From: Camelus dromedarius
Taxonomy: Eukaryota
Direction: 5' to 3'
Assembly: GCF_036321535.1 (NCBI RefSeq)
Contig: NC_087436.1
Location: 81,842,001 to 81,906,000, forward strand
DNA: 64,000 nt
Under the pieces are notes generated by a model. That model saw only the letters and a program-made list of their open reading frames with translations. It made no database searches and was not told the DNA's origin. Below are positions 54,874 through 64,000 of this stretch, piece after piece; position 1 is the first letter of the stretch; every line of letters begins with the position of its first letter. The position numbers and the translations under genes were made by a program.

Positions 54874-55799
54874 GCAATTTTCTTTTCAATGAGTGTCAAT
54901 TTAGGAAAATTGATACAGAAGGATTTTGACTAGCTGTGTTTTCCTCTTCGAAAATGAAAATAGGATTATTGAGCCCCATAGAAAATCTTAAATTTTATCA
55001 GTATATCACCTACTTAATTGAATGCCTTTGAAAAAATTGACCCTCCCAAAATGTCACCACCGAGGCATCTTTTTGATTTTTTTATTAATTCAACTTCTGT
55101 AGTCTTAGATTACAAAGTACGTTTATAGCATAACTTCTTTCCTTGTTATAGCTACCTCAAAATGGCATTGTTATTACTATTATTATTCCGATGTCAAAGA
55201 TGGGAAGCTGAAATTTAGAGGTGAAATGACATTCCTAGGGGAAAAGGGGAAGTTGGCAGCAAAGCTGGGTTTAGATATAGCTAAGTCCATTCAGTGCACA
55301 GTTCATATTTATATATATTAGAGATACAGAAAACAACTAGTAAATGGAAAAAACGTGTTGCATCTTATTCCCAACTTCCCCAACCATGGCTGTAGGGTCT
55401 TCTCTCTACTCCTCTCTACTCTTTTTACCTGGGATAAATAGAATTAAACCTGGATCTTCAGTCTGGCCTGGCTGCTTTGATTTAATCATCTGTGCTTTGG
55501 TGGCCCCTGGTACCTGAGGTCTCTGTCTTCTCCCACGACGTAGTCACTACCACTGTTTTCCAGTTTTGTCTCTGAGGCTGACCCTGTTGGGCTGGGGCAG
55601 TTGGTTGTTCTGAGAGTTCTTTTCCTCCAACTCCTTTCCCCTCTATGACTTTAAGCTGTAGGATTATATTATATTTATATTGAGAACTTTGGTGGTCAGG
55701 GACCTCATAGTTTCATCAATGATGTCGCATTTTCAGTACTGCAAGTACAGTGAAGTAGCTGATGTGTAAGCCATCTGTTACCTTTGTTTCTTAGGTAAT

Positions 55800-55914
55800 A
55801 TGCACGTGTCACTAGCTGAGGCCTTGGAGGTTCGGGGTGGACCCCTGCAGGAGGAAGAAATATGGGCTGTATTAAATCAAAGTGCCGAAAGTCTCCAAGA
55901 ATTATTCAGAAAAG
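55800..55914 (+). CDS. PTPN13: PTPN13 first coding exon (tyrosine-protein phosphatase non-receptor type 13, N-terminal KIND domain); partial CDS, continues beyond the window
   Basis: Manual translation from ATG 55800 gives MHVSLAEALEVRGGPLQEEEIWAVLNQSAESLQELFRK plus 1 nt, recognised as the PTPN13 N-terminus. The exon is 55795-55914, flanked by ttcttag and AAG|GTAAGT. It is too short for the supplied ORF track. Confidence 0.97.
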
Positions 55915-56699
55915 GTAAGTCTTTTTTTTTTCTTAGTATAGGATAGGTGAAAAACAAATAGGGTGCAGAGTCTAGAAAGGAATGCTCTTGCTCTCTTAGG
56001 GCTGAAAAAGCTCAGATCTTGTCTACCCTCATTAGGACATCTTCTATGTGACTGATAATCATGCTTGGCACTGAAAATACAATGATGATCAAACCCAAAA
56101 ACATTGTCTGGAGCTTACCGTCCAGTGTGGAAAGTAGCTATTCATAAAATGTTTATATAAACAAATGTAAAAATGAAAACATGACAGGGGCTAGCAGGGA
56201 GGGGATACAGTTGACTCTATGAGAACCCATAGTAGGAGAACTTGACCTGGTCAAGAGGAAGAAAAGAAAGTCTTCCCTGTATAAGTCACCTCTGAGCTAA
56301 GACCCGAAAGAAGAGGAGACGTTAACCAGGTAAGAGGGAGGGAAAAAATCCCCGGTGGAGAGAATGGTATGTGCGTCCCTGGGATAATGCAGACTGAGTA
56401 ACTAGTTTTTTGCTTCCCTGTAGAGGTGGATACCTGGTACAAATGACTGTGTGCCATTTTTGAGCTGGAAAAGTTAGGGAGTCACCCTTTGGTTGTCCAA
56501 AAACGTTTGATACCATGCTGAAAATTTCCACATGAAGATGGTGTTTGCCATTCACACCACATACCTAACGCATACTTAGAATGGAAGGTGAAGAAACCAA
56601 GCTTCATCTAAAGGAAGAAGTAAACTTTAAAGTTGTTTTGAATTAATTAATCAAGCACAGTAAACGTGACAGAAACAGGGGAGGGTCTGAGAGTAAAAG

Positions 56700-56882
56700 A
56701 GTTCTCAGAGTGTGGTCCCTGGATGACTAGCATCAGCATCACCTGTCACCTTGCTAGAAATGCAGACACTTAGGCCCACCCTGCACCCACCGAACAAGAA
56801 CTCTGGGGATGGAGCCCAGCAGTTTGTGCTTTAGCAAGTTTTTGAGGATATTCTGAAACATGTTAAAGTTTGAGACCCATTA
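56700..56882. mobile_element. MER5A-like hAT-Charlie element
   Basis: gttctcagagtgtggtccctgga...agcatcagcatcacctg...aaagtttgaga signature. Confidence 0.8.
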
Positions 56883-59800
56883 TACAATTGAATTGGGGAA
56901 GGCCAGGAGCCATGGGAACCTTTTGGAAGGTGTGGAGGTGACCACTGACTAAGGAAAGTCCAGAGCGTGGGGGAAGAGTGAGCACAGATATTAAGGCTTT
57001 GCTCTTGCTGTTGTTGTTTTCCCACCTAATTTTGCTATAACGTAGGTATTTGAAGGTCTACTCTTTGATTAGAGGTAGGATTAATGTAAAGAAAATTTAT
57101 TCATTTTATCTAATGCCGCTTACCTAAAATCTAGGTATTATAAGTAGACTTTGTTGTTTTGTTTGCTTCATTTTAGTTTTTTTAGAGAACTTTTAGAAAG
57201 CATAGGCACTCTGGAGTATAGAGCAGGTAGCTATACTCCAAAGGTGGTGTTAAAGAAAGGATATGTTGGTGGCATTACTCAGTTACTTAACAATAGTCAA
57301 TTAATACTTAAGAAGCATCTCCTACTTGTGAGGTATTGTGTGGAAGATGCCAGTAATTAGAAGGCATGACTGCTGCTTGCCCTTAAGGGATACATTCAGA
57401 TCAGACAGATGCGTGTAAAAAGTTTACTACTTAAAAACAGCCTGCCAAATATGTGATGGAGACAATAAGTACTAGGGATGTTCAGAGGAGGGAGAGATAA
57501 TACTTCTTATACTGATGGTGAGATTGCTGCCCTGGCCATGACTCATGGAATATAAAGCCTTCTGCACACTGAGTACCTAAGGGTTTTCCTTCTTTCAAAT
57601 TTTGTATTAATAGAGATTGAATGTCTAAATGTTAAGTCCTTGTCATTGAGATGCAATTATTGCATAACATTGGCATATTACAATAAAGAGACTGAATTTG
57701 TTCATAAAATGAATTGTGATGCAGCTGGATCTTAAATACTGCCCAGTGGAAGTTGGTTACCATAAGGCCTTCAGTCCAATTCACTGATTAACATCAGTAT
57801 TATAGAGAAATTGAATTTGGCTTCTATGGCATTCTAGAGATTATGACTGCCAATTGGAAATTTCTGCTTATTTGAAGGAAGCTCATTCTTACTTGATTTA
57901 GTTTATCTGAAATCTATGATTTTTCATTCCTTGAATTTGATAGCACACTCTGTTTTTGCCACAGGTGCTTCTGACTATTTTAAAGAATTGAAGTAAAAAT
58001 AGCTATTTTGTTTGCTTATTTTGTGGATGAATAATGTTGGTCTTGGTTCTCTAGTAGACACCTTATGAATAATACTAGGAGTATAATGGGGGTGGAAAGC
58101 AGGTAAAATACTATGGTTTCCAAGAAGTTTGTTTTTCTAAAATGTGCTTTTCTCTCTTGGTTTTCTTTGTCTTTCTGTGTTTGTTATACAAATCTTTTAG
58201 TTCTTATGGATGGCTTTCTTCCCCTATCTTCTGGAACCTGTGTCTCTTTCGGTATGTAAGTGCAAATTGATGCTCCTATACATAGAAGGCTGGAAACAAA
58301 CATTTCCACTGGGGGATTATTGAACACAGGTCGAGAAAATTGTCTATTTTTTTTAATCTTTTTGAGCATCCTAGTAATTTAAGGCTGTTAGTCTTTTTAA
58401 AAACAAAGTTGCTGTGGTTATTATACGTAAAATAATGATGTCTAAGCATGACCTTGTTTGAAGACATCAATTCAAATGAAATTCTCTTCAGAGGAGAAAA
58501 AATGTAAAACTTCTTAAAAAAGTGTAATTCCAAAGAAATATTTAGATGATGGCAATCATGGTAAGTGGTTCTCCTTTTGTTATAAGTTCCTTAGTTTTAT
58601 TGTCTTGTGATTATTAAAATATGATCTGTGTGATTACTTTGAGGATTTTTTTTGAGATTTTGTTGTGGCTATGTACATGGTCTATTTTTGTATTATTCTG
58701 TTGGTATTTGAAAAGAATGTTTATTTTCTGTTTCTAAGGTGTAACTTAAGCTTGTCAATGTTTGTGCTTTTAAAACTTTCTTCTATATCCTTATTTGTAT
58801 GCTTGCTGTGTCAAATTCTTAAGGATAGTTAAAATTCTCCCCATGCTGATGTTGTGTCAGTCTTCTTACTGCTGTCATCATATGTTTTTGTGCTGTTTTA
58901 TGTGATGCATATAATGGCTAATGACTAATTTAAGTGGACTGAATCTTTAATCATTATAAAATAAGCCTTTTCCCTTTTTTTTTTTTAACTACTCGTTGCC
59001 ATAAATTTGTTTCTCTGCTCTTAATATTGCTACCTCTGCTTCCTTTTCCTTGCCATTTACCTAGTGTATCTTTTATCCTTCCTTCATTTTGAAATATCTG
59101 TATTGTGATTTAGGTATCTCTTGTAAATAGTAGATAGCTGAATTTTACTTTTTTTTCCTCACTAAGGGGATGCTGTCTTTAATTAGGAGATTAATTATGA
59201 TCATTGAAATAAAAGTTCTGGAGGAATTTCATTAACGGTCGTCTCATATCATGACTTTCTAATTATAGGCATTTTGGTCCGTCTTATTAACTGATTGGAA
59301 AAGCATAGCTTATGTCTAAAAATGTATACATACTTAAGATTTTAGCTTTTACATCATGGACGTACTCATGCAGGGGCTCAGTGGTCCTAAATAATAAAAT
59401 ATGATGCTATTTTCACATGCATTCTGGATAATTTTTAGAAATGGAATTACTGCTGCCTTGGGAAATTTAACTTAAAATTATATTAGTTGCCCATGACAAT
59501 GACTTTTTTTTTAATAGTGAAAATTTAATCTTTGGATAAAACAGATCTTTTGTCTATGGGATTTTAAGGTATTAGAGTGGTTGACTGGTTGTTTCTAAAA
59601 TTGCCTCTTCATAACTAATCAGAGGAAAAGACCCAATCTCTCTTACTTAGGCAAGGATATAAATCCCATAAAAATCCCATTATCTGTAGTTATTTCTGGT
59701 TCCTTGTTTAATAAATAGAGTAACAATTAGTGAAATTAGTTAATTAAAGAGGTAAAGAATAAAGTATTTTGATAAACAGAAGTGCTAAAAAAAACAAGCA

Positions 59801-60372
59801 AGGTTCATTGTCTACATTAAAAAAATTCAGTTACCAGGAAGTGTCCTTGGAAAACTGAGAAGATCTTGTTGCATTTCTTACTGTGTTTTGTAAAACAAAT
59901 ATTGATGAGGTTCCAGAGAGCAGGTAGTGTAACTATTTTAAGGTCATTATGAGCAATACCTATTTAGAACTATGAAATCATTTTATGTATACATGACAGT
60001 AAAGTTTTAAAATTGATAGCTTCCCTGTGAGCATAGCAACAAGATGTTTAGAAAAACAATAACAGGTGGCAAAAGTGACATCATTTCAGATTCTATAGAG
60101 ACGAATAAGGGAAATTTATAAACAGTATTATTGAAAAAATTCAACAACTTACATGAAATGCATACTTTAACAGACACTACCAAAGCTCACCAAGAAAAAG
60201 TAGACAACTTGGATTGCCCTCTATCTGTTAAGATGATTGAATATATATTTTTAAATGTCTCCCAAAGAAAACTCAAGGCCCATTTATATGGAATCACAAA
60301 AGACCCAGAATTGCCAAAGCAATACTGAAGAAAAAGAACAAGGCTGGAGGAATAACCCAGTGTTATGGGCAG

Positions 60373-60753
60373 TGTTACAAGCTGCATTCTGTTCTCCCAA
60401 AAGTCGTGTTGAAGTCCTAACTGCCAGTACCTCAAAATATGACTGTATATGAGGGTAGGGTCTTTAAAGAGGTAATTAAAGTTAAAATGAGGATATTAGA
60501 GCAGGCCCTAATTCAGTATGACTGGTATCCTTACAAGAAGGGGAAATTAGGACAGACGCACAGAGGGAAGACCATGTGGAGACACAGGGAGATGGCCACC
60601 TACAAGGCAAGGATAAAGGCCTTGGAGGAAACCAACCTTGCTGGGACCTTGCTCTTGGACTTCTGCACCCCAGAACTGTGTGAAAATAAACTTACATTGT
60701 TGAAGCCACCTAGTCTGTGGTATTTATAATGGCAGCCCTAGCAAGTTAAGGCA
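60373..60753 (+). mobile_element. MaLR solo LTR (MLT1B-like)
   Basis: TG...CA termini, 5-bp TSD-like ggcag/gacag, and the same diagnostic motifs as the 44066 copy. Confidence 0.88.
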
Positions 60754-60769
60754 GACAGAATGAAAAAAA

Positions 60770-62250
60770 AAAAATTAAATGAAACATCTAGAAATGAAAT
60801 ACACAGTAACTGGGATTTAGGACCCCAGTGGAGATCTTAAACAACAGATTATATAGATTCTCTTTTCTTTTTAAAGAGAAAATTAGACAACAGTGATGAA
60901 AAGATCACCTAGATATTAAAAGTGTAAGGAACTTCAGGTTCATGGAGGATTGAATGAGAAGGTCCAACGTACCTCTAATATGAGTTCCAGAAGGAAAACC
61001 AGAGAGAATGGGAGGCAGAACAGTAAGTGGAAATGTAATGGCTGAGAATTTTTGAGAATTGGTGAAATATATATGTCCTCATATTCTAGAAACTTCAGTC
61101 ACAGTCAAAATAAATAGAAATATATTCACACCTAGATTCATGGATTTGGAAGTAGAGGACACAACAAATAAAGAGATGTTTAAATCAATCAGAAAGACAC
61201 AAAGAGAAAAAACAATTAGGCTAATAGCAGACCTCTTAACAGCAACAGTGGAATCATAATTTGATAGAATATCATCTTAAAACTGCTATAAGAATACTTC
61301 AAAATTATTTTTAAAAGAAAAAATAAAGAATGTAATTCAACCTAGAACAATACTGTCTAATGGAAATGTAATATGCATAAAACATATAATTTTGAATTAC
61401 CTAGGAGACTCATTACGAAAAGGTTAAAACGAACTAGATGCAATTAATAGTATATTGTACTTAATCCAGTGTATTAAAATATTTTAATATGTAATCAGTA
61501 TAAGATATTAATAAGTACACTTTTTAATACTGAGTAAAAATCTGTTTTACACTCACAACACATCTCACTTCAGACTCTCAATTTCTTCAAAAATATTTAG
61601 ATTTCATGAAATGTACTGATGAAAAGGTGGGGTTTATGTACTCAAGTTGTTCCATGCATACTTTTTAAAGTTTTCCATTAATTGATTAAGTATTCATTTT
61701 AAAATTTAAATTAAAATAAATTTAAAATTCACTTCTTCAGTTATGTTAGCCACATTTCAAGTTCTTAAAAGCCATATGTGGGTAACAACTACCATTCTGA
61801 AGTGTGCAGATAGAATTTAATGTCCTCCTAATGTGGTTCAATAAAAAGATCAACATTTTCAGACGAAAACTTGGTGGATTTACCATCAACAAACCCTCAC
61901 TGAGGAAATTACTAAAAGGTGTATTTCAGGAAGAAGGGAACTTTGATGGAAGAAGAAAGCTTCAGGAAGGAGTGAAAGCAAAAGAATTCAATAACTTGAT
62001 GGTAAATCTAAGTAAGTTTGGCTGTATAAAACATCAATAATAGTGTTGTCAAATTAAAAATTATGAATAAATTAATAAAATTAGGCTGGGATAGGTGATA
62101 GGAGTTAAAAAACAGCTTAAAGGTTTGAATCTATTCATGAGAATGGCAGGTTTTTTGACTTTGGAGTTTGCATAGTCAAATATCCTTAAAGTTTGTAAGG
62201 ATAATCACAAAACAAAAAGAAAATGTGAAACTTCCAGTCTGATGGAACCA
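60770..62250 (+). mobile_element. Old LINE-1 ORF1-region remnant, interrupted by a hAT element
   Basis: gagttccagaagga, aatggctgagaattt, IRLIADLLTATVE and tcaacctagaa motifs. Confidence 0.7.
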
Positions 62251-62940
62251 AAGGAGAGTAACTCACTTAATGCAGGAAAAGGGAGACAAAGCACTGAACT
62301 TCAAATTGCCTTCCTAATTGGTTTGGTTTTTTAAGACTTTATAAGAAATACAGAAGTTTTTGTGGATTAAAAGCTTTTGAGTAAATCTTTGTATAGCCTA
62401 TGCAAATTTAAAAGAACAGATCCTAACTAGTCTCTTTATATTACATTCCTAATTATTTACGACCATAATTTTCTTGATTAACAGGGTGTATTAGTTGTCT
62501 TTGACATGCCACATCTTGCCCTGCCTTTGCAAGGCCAGAGTTAACAGGTTCTTCAAGTTAAATGTGTTTGAACCGGATAAAATTACCGAACATGTTCCCT
62601 GGAAACAAACTATAAAACATGACATTAATTTAATATCTAGCATTCTTGAAACGAATAATGAGGGTTTAACAAGAACATGAAGCACTTGCAGTGTGCCACC
62701 TCTCCCCCACACATAATCTGTCAGTACACGTGTTTTGATTTGAAATTCTCTGGCTGTAGACAACAGGCCATTTTCTAAATTCAAAGAGCCATATATTTAG
62801 AGGAGAAAGTTGCAGGTTATGCTTGAAGCTCCATTCTTGCTGACAAATGTAATGTTACTGTATTTAGTGTTTTAATTTAATACTTAGAAGGATTTTTTAA
62901 AACTATTGAGGTATAATGTATATAGTACAGAGCATTATTC

Positions 62941-63088
62941 TTTTTTTAAAACATTTTTAATGTTATTATTATTGTTGGGGGGGTAATTAGGTTTATTTAC
63001 TTATTTTTAATGGTGGTACTGGCGCTTGAACCCAGAACGATGAGCATGTTAAGCAGGCACCCTGCCACTGAGCTATACCCTCCCTCAC
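62941..63088 (-). mobile_element. tRNA-derived SINE (Vic-1-like, longer 3' form)
   Basis: Reverse complement GGGAGGGTATAGCTCAGTGG...GGGTTCAAGC...AAATAAACCTAATTACCCCCC plus an A-rich tail. Confidence 0.88.
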
Positions 63089-63102
63089 TAAAAACATTAT
63101 TC

Positions 63103-63633
63103 TTTTCTTTTTTTAAACATTTTTTATTGAGTTATAGTCATTTTACAGTGTTGTGTCAAATTCCAGTGTAGAGCACAATTTTTCAGTTATACATGAATAT
63201 ATATATATTCATTGTCACTTTTTTTTCACTGTGAGCTACCGTAAGATCTTGTATATATTTCCCTGTGCTGTGCAGTATAATCTTGTTTATCTATTCTACA
63301 CTTTGAAATCCCAGTCTGTCCCTTCCCACACCCCTCCCCCTTGGCAACCACAAGTTTGTATTCTATGTCTATGAGTCTGTTTCTGTTTTGTATTTATGTT
63401 CTTTTTTTTTTTTTTTTTAAGATTACACATATGAGTGATCTCATATGGTATTTTCCTTTCTCTTTCTGGCTTACTTCACTTAGAATGACATTCTCCAGGG
63501 ACATCCATGTTGCTGCAAATGGCATTATGTTGTTGGTTTTTATGGCTGAATAGTATTCCATTGTATAAATATACTGCATCTTCTTTATCCAGTCATCTGT
63601 TGATGGACATTTAGACTGTTTCCATGTATGGCT
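63103..63633 (-). mobile_element. 5'-truncated young LINE-1 3' end (camelid-type)
   Basis: Encodes the L1 ORF2 C-terminal motif (TWKQSKCPSTDDWIKKM...YTMEYYSAIK...FAATWMSLENVILSEVSQ). TSD taaaa[a/g]cattattc at 63089-63102 and 63634-63647. Confidence 0.92.
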
Positions 63634-64000
63634 TAAAAGCATTATTCCTAATTGTACAGCCTGATGAATTTTGTGAATGTGCACACGCATAGAGAACCAC
63701 CACCTAGATCAAGATAGAGAACATTTCCAGCACCCAGGATGGCCCGCTCATCCTTCCTCCTAATCGGTTCTTGGTTACCAAGAGTAATCATTATTATGAC
63801 ATATCACATGGATAGGTTTGTAAGCAATCTGATTTTAAACATTATATAAATAAAACCATACTGTGTGAATTCTTTAGTGAATATGACTCATTTTACTCAA
63901 CATTCTGACTAAGATTTTTTCCACATTATGTAACTAAGCTTTTTAAATAAAACATTTTATAATTACTTCTCATATTTCTTTTCTCATATATAGAAATCAG

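Noticed and set aside
54860..54889. N-terminal extension [10 protein letters not shown] of the COX6A1 ORF
   Set aside because: Starts at TTG and is encoded by the TSD, flank and 5' UTR; the true start is ATG 54859.

Overview
Mammalian genomic DNA, very probably camelid (Camelus/Vicugna/Lama), inferred from four copies of a short tRNA-derived SINE resembling camelid Vic-1. The window covers the 5' end of PTPN13 (FAP-1/PTP-BL) on the + strand. It contains a CpG-island promoter at about 10.1-10.9 kb and a non-coding exon 1 ending at 10902 (CAG|GTAAGG). Intron 1 is about 44.9 kb long, and the first coding exon is 55795-55914 (MHVSLAEALEVRGGPLQEEEIWAVLNQSAESLQELFRK, start of the KIND domain). In human this promoter is head-to-head with MAPK10 (JNK3), and a strong minus-strand donor at 9826-9821 is a candidate end of a MAPK10 5' exon. 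The rest is mostly intronic transposon debris (L1, L2, MIR, MaLR LTRs, Tigger/MER elements). The most notable observations are four. (1) A young, full-length, ORF-intact COX6A1 retrocopy lies antisense about 0.9 kb upstream of PTPN13 exon 2, with a polyA tail and a perfect 14-bp TSD. In PTPN13 sense it creates a candidate 74-nt cryptic exon carrying an out-of-frame uORF that would overlap the PTPN13 start codon. (2) The start-codon exon has a recursive-splicing-type AG|GTAATA configuration. (3) An apparent L1 3' transduction is present at 6.5-7.3 kb. (4) Two retroelements appear inserted back-to-back at one target site at about 63 kb. No wholly new multi-gene system is supported. Repeat family names and boundaries are from recognition by eye and are approximate.
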